This document shows, piece after piece, positions 39,238 through 49,532 of a DNA stretch of 64,000 nucleotides (positions are counted from its first letter, which is position 1; every line of letters starts with the position of its first letter). Where the stretch lies: IMG/VR virus record IMGVR_UViG_3300031688_000006. One strand, 5' to 3'. The notes under the pieces were generated by a model. The model searched no databases. It saw only the letters and a program-made list of their open reading frames with translations, and was not told the DNA's origin. A program made the translations under genes and the position numbers. This DNA is from an uncultured virus (IMG/VR IMGVR_UViG_3300031688_000006). Its lineage: Duplodnaviria; Heunggongvirae; Uroviricota; Caudoviricetes.

Positions 39238-39413
39238 TGTCAGAAATAGCTAAACAAATAGTGGACCAAATAGAGTCCGGAAAATTACAAGATGCCCAGG
39301 ATAGTATACATCAAGGTATCAAACAAAAGGCTGCTGACCAGGTCGACATGAAAAGAGTCGAAATGTCAGTTGATTGGACAAATGGCGAAAACTTGGGAAC
39401 AGATAACAACTAG
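39237..39413 (+). CDS. Small prohead core protein (gp67-like position), not in ORF track
   Basis: 58-aa ORF MSEIAKQIVDQIESGKLQDAQ... coupled to the gp20 stop (TAATG), with AGGAG SD. Confidence 0.6.
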   Translation: MSEIAKQIVDQIESGKLQDAQDSIHQGIKQKAADQVDMKRVEMSVDWTNGENLGTDNN

Positions 39414-39690
39414 TCTTAATGAAGCGAAGTTTAAACTTCCCTCAGGACAGACTGAAGTTAAGAAGGCTACTGAAAAAGTAGGCGGTAAAACTCTGGACAT
39501 AAGGTTTGGCGAAGATAAACGAGGCAAGATTCATGTTTATGTTAATACAGTCTCAATGGGAGACCCATACAGAAACATGAAAGAAGCTGAAAAAGAGATG
39601 AAGCATATAAAAATGGTAATGAAACAAATGAATGAAGACGACATCTCATTAAAGGAAATTTTAGGAGTTATAAATGAAACTAATATCTGA
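39382..39690 (+). CDS. Prohead core protein (gp68-like position)
   Basis: Lys-rich ORF between the gp67-like gene and gp21. Confidence 0.5.
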   Translation: MAKTWEQITTSLNEAKFKLPSGQTEVKKATEKVGGKTLDIRFGEDKRGKIHVYVNTVSMGDPYRNMKEAEKEMKHIKMVMKQMNEDDISLKEILGVINETNI

Positions 39691-40327
39691 ATTTGTTGAT
39701 TACGCAATTGAACCAGTAATCGTAGAAGAAAACGAGAAAGGTGAAAAAGAATATTTCATCGAAGGTGTATTCATGCAGGCTGATATTAAAAACAGAAATG
39801 GCCGTGTATACCCTAAAGAAGTCATGAAAAAAGAAGTAGACCGATATTGCAGAGAGTTCGTAGAGAAAGGACGTGCATTCGGTGAGTTGGGACATCCAGA
39901 TGGACCAACAATTAATTTAGACAAAGTATCTCACATGATAACAAAATTAGAAGAAGATGGCTCTAATTTCATGGGAAGAGCAAAGATTTTAAGCACTCCA
40001 AATGGTCAAATCGTAAGAAATTTGATTAATGATGGTGCAAAACTTGGCGTATCATCACGAGGTTTGGGTTCGCTCGAACAAAGAGGTGGTGCCCAATATG
40101 TTAAAGGCGATTTTCAACTTGCAACCGCAGCTGATATCGTTGCAGACCCCTCCGCACCTGAGGCCTTCGTTGAAGGAATCATGGAAGGTGTAGAATGGGT
40201 CTATGAGTCTGGTGTACTAAGAGCTAGAGATGTTGAAGTAATGCGTGATACTTTGCGTAATACCAAAATGAACAAACTCGAAGAAACCAAACTAAAAATG
40301 TGGAAAAAGTTCGTAGAGAACCTATAA
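39674..40327 (+). CDS. gp21: Prohead protease gp21
   Basis: IEGVFMQA..KNRNGRVY, GELGHP, GVSSRGLGS, D.VADPSAP.A. Confidence 0.95.
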   Translation: MKLISEFVDYAIEPVIVEENEKGEKEYFIEGVFMQADIKNRNGRVYPKEVMKKEVDRYCREFVEKGRAFGELGHPDGPTINLDKVSHMITKLEEDGSNFMGRAKILSTPNGQIVRNLINDGAKLGVSSRGLGSLEQRGGAQYVKGDFQLATAADIVADPSAPEAFVEGIMEGVEWVYESGVLRARDVEVMRDTLRNTKMNKLEETKLKMWKKFVENL

Positions 40328-40372
40328 TATATAAATAAAAGAGTTAAGCTAAAACTCAAACAGGAGAAAAAA

Positions 40373-41743
40373 ATGGCAGATTTAGAAAAATCCCTAGAAC
40401 AAGCGATAGAAGAGGCTATGAAACAGCCGACTGATAAAGCTCAAAAAGGTGACTCAAAACCTGTTAAGCAAGGTTCATCCGACGCCGCCAAAATTGAAGG
40501 TGGTAAGGCTGAAGTCGTCAAACCAGAAGAAAATCCTGTTGACAAAGCAGTTGCATCAGTTAAGAGCGCAGAGAAAGGAACCAAAGAAGTTAGTGGCGAC
40601 CCACAACAGAAAGGTGAATCCCCTGCCGAGAAGCAACCTAAGTTGAAGAATGTTAAAGAAGAAGAAGTATCTGAATCAGAGAAACCTTCTAAGATGCAAA
40701 CTATCAAGGCTATGGTCAACGCAATGAAGGATATGAGTAAATCAGATTTACAAGCAATGCATTCTAAAATGGATGACAGTGAAGATGATGAAGACTCAAA
40801 AGAGGTTGACGAATCCTTGACTAAAGCAGAGATTGCGAGAAGCATCGTAGAATTCTTAAAGAATTCAGACGAAGAAACAGTCGAAGAAACTTACAATTCA
40901 ATTATTGAAGCTAAGAAAGAAGAAGACGAAGACGAAGAAGATGAGGACGAAGATGAAGATGAGAAGGATGTTAAAGAATCCTCCGATATCGATTCCGACC
41001 TTGTTGAGATGGAAATAGAAGACGACCTATCTAAAATCTCAGAAGCACTTGACCTATCAGAAGAAAATTCTGAGAAAGCAAGAGTTATCTTTAAGGCTGC
41101 AGTTACTTCTAAAGTGGCAGAAATAAAAGAAGCGTTAGAAACAACTTATTCAAATAATTTAAAAACCTCAGTAGAAACTGTTAAAGGCGACCTAACGGAA
41201 GCAGTTGACAAGTATCTATCGTATTGTGCAGAAGAGTGGACGAAAGAAAACGAACTTGCTATAGAAAGAGGTTTGAGGTCAGAGATGACAGATAACTTTA
41301 TTGATGGACTTAAAACATTGTTCGTAGAACATTATGTTGAGATTCCAGAAGATAAATACAATGTTATTGATGAACTCGCAAATCGTCTTGATGAGATGGA
41401 AGATAAACTAGACAACGAAGTATCTAAAAATATGGATGTTGTTCAAGAAAACGACCAACTCAAAAGAGGCAATGTGATAATTGAGGCCTGTAAAGACCTT
41501 ACTGAATCACAAACAGAGAAGATGAATTCACTTGCAGAAGGTGTAGATTTCATTAGTGCTGAAGACTTTAGTGATAAAGTTCAAGAACTAAAGAATGCTT
41601 ACTTTCCAAAAGATGGAAACATCGCTGAAGATACTGTAGTAGAAGAAGGAACTGGTGATTTCTCAGAAGAGAATGAAGTCAGACTTGACCCTGCAATGAA
41701 TGCTTATACTTCAGCAATTAGTAAACTAAAACCTTTAGGATAA
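40373..41743 (+). CDS. gp22: Prohead scaffold protein gp22
   Basis: Acidic coiled coil; VDKYL.Y..EEW..EN.LAIE.G; lies between gp21 and gp23; late promoter at 40330. Confidence 0.88.
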   Translation: MADLEKSLEQAIEEAMKQPTDKAQKGDSKPVKQGSSDAAKIEGGKAEVVKPEENPVDKAVASVKSAEKGTKEVSGDPQQKGESPAEKQPKLKNVKEEEVSESEKPSKMQTIKAMVNAMKDMSKSDLQAMHSKMDDSEDDEDSKEVDESLTKAEIARSIVEFLKNSDEETVEETYNSIIEAKKEEDEDEEDEDEDEDEKDVKESSDIDSDLVEMEIEDDLSKISEALDLSEENSEKARVIFKAAVTSKVAEIKEALETTYSNNLKTSVETVKGDLTEAVDKYLSYCAEEWTKENELAIERGLRSEMTDNFIDGLKTLFVEHYVEIPEDKYNVIDELANRLDEMEDKLDNEVSKNMDVVQENDQLKRGNVIIEACKDLTESQTEKMNSLAEGVDFISAEDFSDKVQELKNAYFPKDGNIAEDTVVEEGTGDFSEENEVRLDPAMNAYTSAISKLKPLG

Positions 41744-41773
41744 TCTAAAGGTTTAATTAATAGGAAAAAACAA

Positions 41774-43081
41774 ATGTTTTTATCAGAAAACTTACAAGAA
41801 AAGTGGAGCCCGATTCTAGAACACTCCGATTTACCAAAAATCGAAGACAACTACAAAAGAGCAGTCACAGCAGTAATTCTTGAGAACCAAGAGAAAGCCC
41901 TAAACGAAGATAGAGCTACTCTCTCAGAAGCTGCACCTATTAATGCTACTGGTTCTGCCATATCTAACTGGGATCCAATCCTAATTAGTTTAGTGCGTAG
42001 AGCCATGCCAAATCTCGTTGCTTACGACATTTGCGGTGTTCAACCGATGACTGGTCCTACAGGACTTATCTTTGCTATGAAAGCAAGATATAACGATTAC
42101 CCAACTCAATCTGCTGACAGATTGAAACAGACAGAAGCTATGGGTGTACTTGAAGTACAACAAGCATCTGCTACTGCTGAAAATGCAGTTGCCGGCAACT
42201 ATGCCGCTGTTGAAGGTGATCCATTTGCTAGTTCGAGTGCGTATGCTAACGCAACTCCTACTGGTATGAGCACAGCTACATCAGAAGCATTAGGCGACAC
42301 AGGAACTAACGATTTCGCCGAAATGTCATTTACAATTGAGAAATCAACTGTAACTGCTGTATCTAGAGCATTAAAAGCCGAATACACACTCGAACTTGCA
42401 CAAGACTTAAAAGCTATCCACGGTCTTGACGCTGAATCTGAGTTGGCAAACATCCTTTCTTCTGAAATCCTTGCTGAAATAAACAGGGAAGTAGTAAGAA
42501 ACGTGAATATACAAGCTAAGACTGGTGCCACAGGCACTGCATCTGCTGGTACATTCAACTTAGATGTTGACGCTAACGGAAGATGGTCAGTTGAGAAGTT
42601 CAAAGGTTTGTTATTCCAAATCGAAAGAGAATCAAACGTAATTGCTAAAGAAACTCGTAGAGGTAAAGGTAACTTTATTCTATGTTCTTCAGACGTTGCA
42701 TCTGCTCTTTCAATGGCAGGCGTATTAGATTACGCTCCAGCACTTTCAACTTCTTTGAATGTTGATGACACAGGCAATACATTTGCTGGTGTTCTTAACG
42801 GAAGAGTTAAAGTGTATATCGATCCATATGCTGGGTCTGATTACATGACAGTTGGTTATAGAGGTTCAAACCCATATGACGCTGGTATGTTCTATTGCCC
42901 TTACGTTCCATTACAAATGGTTCGTGCAGTTGGTGAGAACACATTCCAACCGAAAATTGGTTTTAAAACAAGATACGGAATGGTATCTAATCCTTTTGTT
43001 GGTGCTACACCTGCAAACGGAATGGCCACTGCTGGTACAAACCAATACTACAGAAAGATTGCAGTTTCAAACATCCTGTAA
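41774..43081 (+). CDS. gp23: Major capsid protein gp23
   Basis: LVRRAMPNL.AYD.CGVQPM.GPTGLIFAM, RALKAEYT.ELAQDLKAIHGLDAE.EL, FQPKIGFKTRYG. Confidence 0.97.
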   Translation: MFLSENLQEKWSPILEHSDLPKIEDNYKRAVTAVILENQEKALNEDRATLSEAAPINATGSAISNWDPILISLVRRAMPNLVAYDICGVQPMTGPTGLIFAMKARYNDYPTQSADRLKQTEAMGVLEVQQASATAENAVAGNYAAVEGDPFASSSAYANATPTGMSTATSEALGDTGTNDFAEMSFTIEKSTVTAVSRALKAEYTLELAQDLKAIHGLDAESELANILSSEILAEINREVVRNVNIQAKTGATGTASAGTFNLDVDANGRWSVEKFKGLLFQIERESNVIAKETRRGKGNFILCSSDVASALSMAGVLDYAPALSTSLNVDDTGNTFAGVLNGRVKVYIDPYAGSDYMTVGYRGSNPYDAGMFYCPYVPLQMVRAVGENTFQPKIGFKTRYGMVSNPFVGATPANGMATAGTNQYYRKIAVSNIL

Positions 43082-43112
43082 ACTTAGTAGTTTCGAATTT
43101 ATTCGAATTAAG

Positions 43113-43139
43113 AAGGGACTCTCAGAGTCCCTTTTTTTT
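43113..43139 (+). terminator. Intrinsic terminator after gp23
   Basis: AAGGGACTC-TCA-GAGTCCCTT plus T-tract. Confidence 0.9.
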
Positions 43140-43191
43140 AGCGTACTAAATACTACTGTACAATACAGTACGACACACACACGGAGAAAGT

Positions 43192-43413
43192 ATGAACAAT
43201 ACACAACCTAAAAGTGGCTTTGAAATCAGAGCCGATTTACTTCAACAGAGTGAGAGTATACTCACTGGAAACATATATAGAAATAATGATTCTATCGTCC
43301 AACATAACGATAATTTCCCAAACGATAAGAAACCATTAGGTGACCAATTCGTTTCCACGGAAGATGTTATTTCAACTGCAAGATTATTAAACGAATTTGT
43401 AAACGAGAAGTAA
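43192..43413 (+). CDS. Hypothetical protein in its own transcription unit
   Basis: GGAG SD; SGFEIRADLL motif; flanked by terminators. Confidence 0.65.
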   Translation: MNNTQPKSGFEIRADLLQQSESILTGNIYRNNDSIVQHNDNFPNDKKPLGDQFVSTEDVISTARLLNEFVNEK

Positions 43414-43419
43414 AACTTT

Positions 43420-43441
43420 AGGGGACTTCGGTCCCCTTTTC
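43420..43441 (+). terminator. Intrinsic terminator with UUCG tetraloop
   Basis: AGGGGAC-TTCG-GTCCCCT-TTT. Confidence 0.9.
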
Positions 43442-43455
43442 ACATAAATAGTATT

Positions 43456-44001
43456 ATGGGTATAAAAACAGATATAAACAAATCGATACTAAACAGAAAT
43501 AACTTTAGACTTTTAATAGATAAAGTTCCTACTGTAGAGTATTATGTAAGAACAGTAAACATACCAGGTGTTCAATTTGGTGAGACTGTTCAGTCAGCGG
43601 GTGTTGGTCTAGATGCATTCTTTCCAGGCGATAAGGCATCATTTGATACATTAGAAGTATCATTCTTAGTAGACGAAGACTTAGAGAACTTTGTTGAGAT
43701 GTACAACTGGATAGACTCTATCGTACCCCTAAGTGACCCAAAACTATATGGCACATACACGGATACTGCCGTGACTAGAACGAATGTTCTTGCATCTATT
43801 GATAACGATAGAAATCAGTACTCAGATATAACACTAGTTATAAACACAAATAAAAATTTACCTAATAGATACATAAGATTTCATGATGCATTCCCTACAT
43901 CGCTAGGGTCAATCGAATTGGAATCAGGCGCAGATGCCGAACCGGCAGTAGTCAATGTATCATTTAGATTTTCGTATTACGAGATAAAAACCACCTCGTA
44001 A
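43456..44001 (+). CDS. gp3: Tail tube terminator / completion protein gp3
   Basis: NFRL.I..P.VEY....NIPG, FLVDEDLEN..E..NWI, F.DAFP.SL; position before uvsY. Confidence 0.82.
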   Translation: MGIKTDINKSILNRNNFRLLIDKVPTVEYYVRTVNIPGVQFGETVQSAGVGLDAFFPGDKASFDTLEVSFLVDEDLENFVEMYNWIDSIVPLSDPKLYGTYTDTAVTRTNVLASIDNDRNQYSDITLVINTNKNLPNRYIRFHDAFPTSLGSIELESGADAEPAVVNVSFRFSYYEIKTTS

Positions 44002-44032
44002 TTTACTACAAACTGTAGTATAATAGTATATT

Positions 44033-44476
44033 ATGAACTTAGAACAATTGAAAGCAGAATGGGAAAAGGATTGTGAGATAGACGATATCGAACTTGATAC
44101 GGCATCTTTACATGTACCCAAATTACACGCAAAATACTCAGACCTATTAACCAGTAAAATCTTACTGTTAAAGAAATACAACCAAGACTACAACGAACTA
44201 CTTAAGTATAAGTGGATGTGGTTCAATGGTAAACTTGACGATGATTTGATTAAAAAGTTTGGTTGGCAAACAGACCCATTTGATGGTCTAAAAATAATGA
44301 AAACAGACTTTAATTACTTCTTCAACTCTGATAAAGATTTAGTCGAATTACAAGCTAAGATTGACTATTTACAAGTCACTGTTGACTTTGTAAAGAGATG
44401 CATGGATAATATCACATGGAGACATCAAACAATTAAGAACACAATAGAATGGCGTAAGTTCATGGCAGGCCAATAA
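44033..44476 (+). CDS. uvsY: Recombination mediator UvsY
   Basis: W.KD..ID...LD..SL..PKLHAKY; I..R...IKN.IEW.KF.AG. Confidence 0.9.
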   Translation: MNLEQLKAEWEKDCEIDDIELDTASLHVPKLHAKYSDLLTSKILLLKKYNQDYNELLKYKWMWFNGKLDDDLIKKFGWQTDPFDGLKIMKTDFNYFFNSDKDLVELQAKIDYLQVTVDFVKRCMDNITWRHQTIKNTIEWRKFMAGQ

Positions 44477-45171
44477 TGAACCTTAAGAAATTCGCAATGA
44501 TATATCCTAGTTATCTAACTGAACATGAATGTGATACAATTCAAGCATTCTCTGAAAGATATGAAGAGGTTGTATCTGGTACAGGCAATAACGAGAACGA
44601 TCCAGATGCTGAAAAGTTTCAGAATAATAATCAAGGAAACGTAGATGACAATATCAGACAATCGGATGTCAGATGGTTAATACATAACGAGTTTCCATTC
44701 GAGATTTCAGACAAAATAGAAAAAGGAATCAACATGGCGTCAGCTGATGCTGGTTGGTTACATCAATGGGACTATGTAGAACATCATCAATACACGACAT
44801 ATAGACATAGACCAGATGCACGAGTAACTGGAGACTTCTACACATGGCATACAGATTCAAGCGATGAACCGCAATCTGCCGGTGGCAAATACAGAAAGTT
44901 AAGTTCTACTATTCAATTATCAAATCCAGAAGACTATGAGGGTGGATTGTTTCAGTGGATAGAACCAAGAGGAATGTTCGATATGTTGAGAAACAGCGAA
45001 AGTCTTCAGACTGTTTCTGTTGATGAATTTATTCAAACTGTTCCATTCAGTGGAAAAGAAAGAGGAAGTCTTATAGTATTTCCTTCTTTTGTACATCACC
45101 AAGTAACGCCAGTTACCAGAGGGACTAGGGTATCACTAGTCAGTTGGTTCCATGGACAACCTTATGTCTAA
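44476..45171 (+). CDS. 2OG-Fe(II) oxygenase (PKHD-type)
   Basis: YTWHTD, RKLS..IQLS.PEDYEGG, VFPSFVHHQVTPVTRGTR.SLV.W. Confidence 0.88.
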   Translation: MNLKKFAMIYPSYLTEHECDTIQAFSERYEEVVSGTGNNENDPDAEKFQNNNQGNVDDNIRQSDVRWLIHNEFPFEISDKIEKGINMASADAGWLHQWDYVEHHQYTTYRHRPDARVTGDFYTWHTDSSDEPQSAGGKYRKLSSTIQLSNPEDYEGGLFQWIEPRGMFDMLRNSESLQTVSVDEFIQTVPFSGKERGSLIVFPSFVHHQVTPVTRGTRVSLVSWFHGQPYV

Positions 45172-46570
45172 TCTAGTCACCGTCTCAAAGGTAGACGAGT
45201 GTTTTCTAAAAGTAAATTGCGATAAAGGTCTTGCAAGAGACTTATACGATTTCTTTTCATTTACTGTACCTGGCGCTAAGTTCATGCCGTCATACAAAAA
45301 CAAATGGTGGGATGGTAAAGTAAGACTATTCTCTCTAAAAACTCAGAAGATATACATAGGTCTACTACCCTACATTGACGAGTTTTGTAGAGAAAGAGGA
45401 TTTGATTTTGAGGGCGTAGAAGATGTCATCGGACACAAACATAAACTCAAAGATTGGAATGTAGAAGACTTAAACTTACCCTTTGCTCCTAGAGATTACC
45501 AACTCGAAGCGTTCCATGAGACAGTCAAGTATGGTAGACAACTTCTTTTGTCTCCTACGGCGTCTGGCAAGTCTTTAATCATATATATGATAGCCAGATA
45601 CTACAACATGAAAACAATTATAATTGTTCCTACTACATCGTTGGTAGAACAAATGACAAAGGATTTCCACGAGTATGGATATGATAAACAAGTATGTAAA
45701 ATTTATAGTGGTCAACCTGTATTCCCTGCTGACATTACGGTTACTACATGGCAGAGTTTTGCTAAAGCACCTAAAGAGGTCATGCAATCGTTTGAAGTAG
45801 TAATAGGAGATGAGGCACATCTATTCAAGGCACAAACACTCAAAGGCATATTAGAGAAGATGAAGACCACTGCAATTAGAGTTGGTCTCACAGGAACATT
45901 AGACGGTACAGAAGTTCATAGACTACAACTAGAGGGACTATTTGGTCCTGTTAAGAAAGTAGTAACTTCGGCACAACTTATGGAAGAAGGAACTATTGCT
46001 AATCTGAAAATTGATTGTCTTATACTCCGTCATACTAAACAGAAGAAAATGTCGTATCAAGATGAGATGGACTACTTAGTCGGCAATGATAGTCGGAACG
46101 AATTCATATGTAATCTAGTCTATTCACTGAAAGGAAACACTCTAGTATTGTTTCAGTTTGTAGAGAAACATGGGGTTCTACTGCATAAGAAGATGTTTGA
46201 GAGATTGGGTGATAAACTACATTATGTATATGGTGGTACAGATGTAGAAGACAGAGAGAACGTAAGAGAAGTCGTGGAACAGGCCAGTGATAATGTCATA
46301 CTAGCGTCATACGGAACTTTCTCAACTGGAGTAAACATTAAGAGAATAGATAATGTTGTATTCGCAAGTCCCTCTAAGTCGAGAATAAGAAATTTACAAT
46401 CAATTGGTCGTGGTCTTCGTAAGGCAGAAGGTAAGACTGAGATGAGGTTATTTGATATATCAGATGACCTACAATGTGAAAATCATACTTTAAACCACCT
46501 GAAAGAACGGATAAATATATATAACGAAGAAAGTTTTTCATATGAACTCAAACAATTTGACCTTAAATGA
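45164..46570 (+). CDS. uvsW: DNA helicase UvsW
   Basis: WDGK.RLF, SPTASGKS, DEAH, GLTGT, QSIGRGLR. Confidence 0.95.
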   Translation: MSNLVTVSKVDECFLKVNCDKGLARDLYDFFSFTVPGAKFMPSYKNKWWDGKVRLFSLKTQKIYIGLLPYIDEFCRERGFDFEGVEDVIGHKHKLKDWNVEDLNLPFAPRDYQLEAFHETVKYGRQLLLSPTASGKSLIIYMIARYYNMKTIIIVPTTSLVEQMTKDFHEYGYDKQVCKIYSGQPVFPADITVTTWQSFAKAPKEVMQSFEVVIGDEAHLFKAQTLKGILEKMKTTAIRVGLTGTLDGTEVHRLQLEGLFGPVKKVVTSAQLMEEGTIANLKIDCLILRHTKQKKMSYQDEMDYLVGNDSRNEFICNLVYSLKGNTLVLFQFVEKHGVLLHKKMFERLGDKLHYVYGGTDVEDRENVREVVEQASDNVILASYGTFSTGVNIKRIDNVVFASPSKSRIRNLQSIGRGLRKAEGKTEMRLFDISDDLQCENHTLNHLKERINIYNEESFSYELKQFDLK

Positions 46571-47061
46571 CATCACCTACAGATTTAGTACCAAATAGAT
46601 ACGAAGTAATAAAACTCAAAGACGGAGCAGAAATAGTCGGAATGACTAGAGACTGTGGAGATTACTTAGAGATAACATTACCTATGATATGTCAGTTATC
46701 TATTGTACCAGGAACACCAAGAACAAACGCAGTGTTTTACCCTTACTCACCATTGAGTTCGGACGAGAGAGTTCAATTACCAAAGTCACAAGTCGTTCAT
46801 AGAAATCTAATGAATCCTCAGTTTATAGAATTCTATGACAATGCATCAAGCAAATGGTTTGATATGATTGAGAACCAAAGTATACCTCTAATGACCAAAC
46901 AAGACGAAAAGGTTGCAGATAGAATGAGAGGCGCTCTTAATGATATGATGAGTAAATACCAACACTTAGATGATGCGGACTTAGACAGAGCCTTAGAAGA
47001 TTTAGAATTCGAAGATGATTTCGATGAAGATTATATAATCGACAAGAAGAAATTACATTAG
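46567..47061 (+). CDS. Conserved hypothetical protein downstream of uvsW
   Basis: IKLKDG.EI Sm-like start; ends KKKLH. Confidence 0.6.
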   Translation: MTSPTDLVPNRYEVIKLKDGAEIVGMTRDCGDYLEITLPMICQLSIVPGTPRTNAVFYPYSPLSSDERVQLPKSQVVHRNLMNPQFIEFYDNASSKWFDMIENQSIPLMTKQDEKVADRMRGALNDMMSKYQHLDDADLDRALEDLEFEDDFDEDYIIDKKKLH

Positions 47062-47146
47062 GCTTTTGAAATGACTAAATAAGTGCGTATAACTTTGAGT
47101 TATATACATTTATCATTATAATTTATATATTTAAACTGGAGATACC

Positions 47147-47311
47147 ATGTCAGCTGCAATCAGATTGATTCAGAAGAGCATGGTGGGACGATTCGAAGAC
47201 CTGAAAGAAGTGCTACCCAGCATCATAGAAGCAATTGAGTTTATGACACTATTGACTCTTCCTGTTTTATTACCGTTTTTCATTATGTTTATGTCGAAAG
47301 GCATTGTATAG
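47147..47311 (+). CDS. Small membrane protein (54 aa), not in ORF track
   Basis: GGAG SD; MSAAIRLIQKS...FMTLLTLPVLLPFFIMFM. Confidence 0.6.
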   Translation: MSAAIRLIQKSMVGRFEDLKEVLPSIIEAIEFMTLLTLPVLLPFFIMFMSKGIV

Positions 47312-47409
47312 TGTCTAACAAGACCAAAACAAACTTACAAGACACAGCAGAGGTGGCAACACTTCTGTTTGTGTTCTGTATATCTATAATAGGATTGGTA
47401 CCAGCATGA
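47311..47409 (+). CDS. Small membrane peptide (32 aa), not in ORF track
   Basis: GTG start overlaps previous stop; VATLLFVFCISIIGLV; stop overlaps next ATG. Confidence 0.45.
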   Translation: MSNKTKTNLQDTAEVATLLFVFCISIIGLVPA

Positions 47410-47660
47410 AACACGATTCATGGAAAAGACCGAAAGATATGGTATATGCCGAATACAGGCAGGAAGACCTTAATTTCAACTCACTAAATATAGTAGAAGA
47501 TGCAACTCCTGAAGAAGTTGATGAGTGGATGAACACTGATTACTTTATGAAAGGCGAATTCGATGTAATGAAATTGTTCGTACTAGTTCCTGCATTGATT
47601 CAAGTTACAGTATTTTTTATGATGCTCTTTATGTTTTATGTCAATAGTCTCTTTTATTAG
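47406..47660 (+). CDS. Small C-terminally anchored membrane protein
   Basis: C-terminal LFVLVPALIQVTVFFMMLFMFYV. Confidence 0.6.
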   Translation: MKHDSWKRPKDMVYAEYRQEDLNFNSLNIVEDATPEEVDEWMNTDYFMKGEFDVMKLFVLVPALIQVTVFFMMLFMFYVNSLFY

Positions 47661-47811
47661 AAAAACGCTCAAACTCATGTTTGGGTTAGGTAAGTCTGAA
47701 GACTTTGAGATAAGTATACTTAATATACTGATAATAGCTCTATTATTAGGAAGTATGTTTGTAGTAGGTAATGGATTACTCCTTATATGGATCCTGACCC
47801 TGGCGACATAA
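47638..47811 (+). CDS. Small membrane protein (57 aa, DUF2970-like), not in ORF track
   Basis: MFGLG...DF then a long hydrophobic helix. Confidence 0.5.
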   Translation: MSIVSFIRKTLKLMFGLGKSEDFEISILNILIIALLLGSMFVVGNGLLLIWILTLAT

Positions 47812-47925
47812 TTAGTTTATCATGCAATTTGCATCCTAACAAGGGGGTTTTCAAATTAATTATAATTTAATTAACTTAAAAAACCACTATCCCTACAACA
47901 ACTAATCTAGTATAATAAGTACATC

Positions 47926-48468
47926 ATGGCAAAAAACGCAAAAACACAAGAACACTATGTTAATAACAAAGAGTTCACAGCCGCAGTCGCCGAGTTCAAC
48001 GCAAAAGTAGTACTCGCCCTGGCCGAAGGTAAAACACCTCCAAGAATGTCTAATTACATAGGAGAGTGCATCTATAAGATTGCTACTCGACTATCTACAA
48101 GACCAAATTTTATAAACTACACTTACAGAGACGAAATGATATGTGATGGCATAGAAAACTGCATCCAATATATCAAGAACTTTAATGTAGAAAAATCTAA
48201 TAATGCATTCGCATATATTACACAAATCTGTTACTATGCTTTCTTAAGAAGAATACAGAAAGAAAAGAAACAAGTCTATATCAAACAACAAGTCATATCA
48301 GACATAACACAAGAAACACTGGATTCTATCGATGGTGATACCACCGGTATGGTCAACACCAATGTAGAGTGGATGCAAGATAACATGAATCATGTTTCTT
48401 ACGAACCACGCAAATCCAAAAGAGAAAAAGTCAAAAAAGAAAAAGGTTTAGATAAATTTACTGAATGA
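47926..48468 (+). CDS. gp55: Late transcription sigma factor gp55
   Basis: HYVNNKEF, YIGEC..KIA..LS.RPNF.NYTYRDEMI.DGIENC, AFAY.TQI.YYAFLRRI.KEKKQ. Confidence 0.95.
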   Translation: MAKNAKTQEHYVNNKEFTAAVAEFNAKVVLALAEGKTPPRMSNYIGECIYKIATRLSTRPNFINYTYRDEMICDGIENCIQYIKNFNVEKSNNAFAYITQICYYAFLRRIQKEKKQVYIKQQVISDITQETLDSIDGDTTGMVNTNVEWMQDNMNHVSYEPRKSKREKVKKEKGLDKFTE

Positions 48469-49532
48469 AAATAGCGATACTTAACGATACACATGCTGGT
48501 GTTCGTGGTGATATGTTGGAGATGTCCAAATATCAAGGAAGATTCTACAAAGAGATATTCTTCCCATACCTAGACGAACACAACATAACACAAATCTTAC
48601 ACTTGGGTGATTACTTCGATAGACGAAAGTTTGTCAACTTTGTAACACTTGAAGCAAATAGAGAACACTTTATTAAACCCATGTTAGAGAGAGGCATCTC
48701 TATGGATTTGATACTGGGTAATCATGATGTATATTACAAGAATACAAATACTGTAAATGCACCAGACTTACTACTATTTGAAAGTGATAATATCAATGTG
48801 ATACATCATCCTATTGTCAAAGAATACGATGGAGTTAACCTTGCACTTGTACCTTGGATTAATAACGAGAACTATGCCGACAGTATAGATTTTCTATTGA
48901 GTGCAAACGCAGATACATGTATGGGTCACTTCGAGATAGAAGGTGCATTGATGATGCCTGGAATGACATGTCAACATGGTCTAGACCACACATATCTAAA
49001 ACGATTCGATAAAGTTTATAGTGGTCACTTTCATCAAAAGTCAGAAGTAAAGAACATTAAGTATCTTGGTTCTCAAATGGAGTTCACATGGTCAGACTAT
49101 GGTGATAACAAATACTTCCATATCTTTGATACAGATACACGAGAGATGTTACCAGTACATAATCCATTAACAATGTTCGAGAAAGTCTTTTACGATGATA
49201 GTAAAGAGACATTTGAAACAATCAATAACAAAGACTATTCTAAGTACAAAGGTAAATTCTGTAAAGTAATAGTAGTAAACAAAGACAACCCATATTGGTT
49301 CGACTCAATGGTCGACAAACTTCATGCAGCCAATCCTTTGCATGTTGTCGTAGTTGATGACCACAAACATATGGACTTGATGGACGACAATGATATAGAA
49401 GGAGTAGAAGATACTCTTACCATACTAGAAAAGTATGTTGATGGCTTAGAAATACAAGGTCAGAAAAAACCCCTTCTGGAAATGATGACTTCGTTGTATA
49501 ATGAAGCACTTGAAGAACACAATTACCTATGA
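48465..49532 (+). CDS. gp47: Recombination endonuclease subunit gp47 (Mre11-like)
   Basis: DTHAG, LGDYFDRR, GNHD, SGHFH metallophosphoesterase motifs. Confidence 0.95.
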   Translation: MKIAILNDTHAGVRGDMLEMSKYQGRFYKEIFFPYLDEHNITQILHLGDYFDRRKFVNFVTLEANREHFIKPMLERGISMDLILGNHDVYYKNTNTVNAPDLLLFESDNINVIHHPIVKEYDGVNLALVPWINNENYADSIDFLLSANADTCMGHFEIEGALMMPGMTCQHGLDHTYLKRFDKVYSGHFHQKSEVKNIKYLGSQMEFTWSDYGDNKYFHIFDTDTREMLPVHNPLTMFEKVFYDDSKETFETINNKDYSKYKGKFCKVIVVNKDNPYWFDSMVDKLHAANPLHVVVVDDHKHMDLMDDNDIEGVEDTLTILEKYVDGLEIQGQKKPLLEMMTSLYNEALEEHNYL

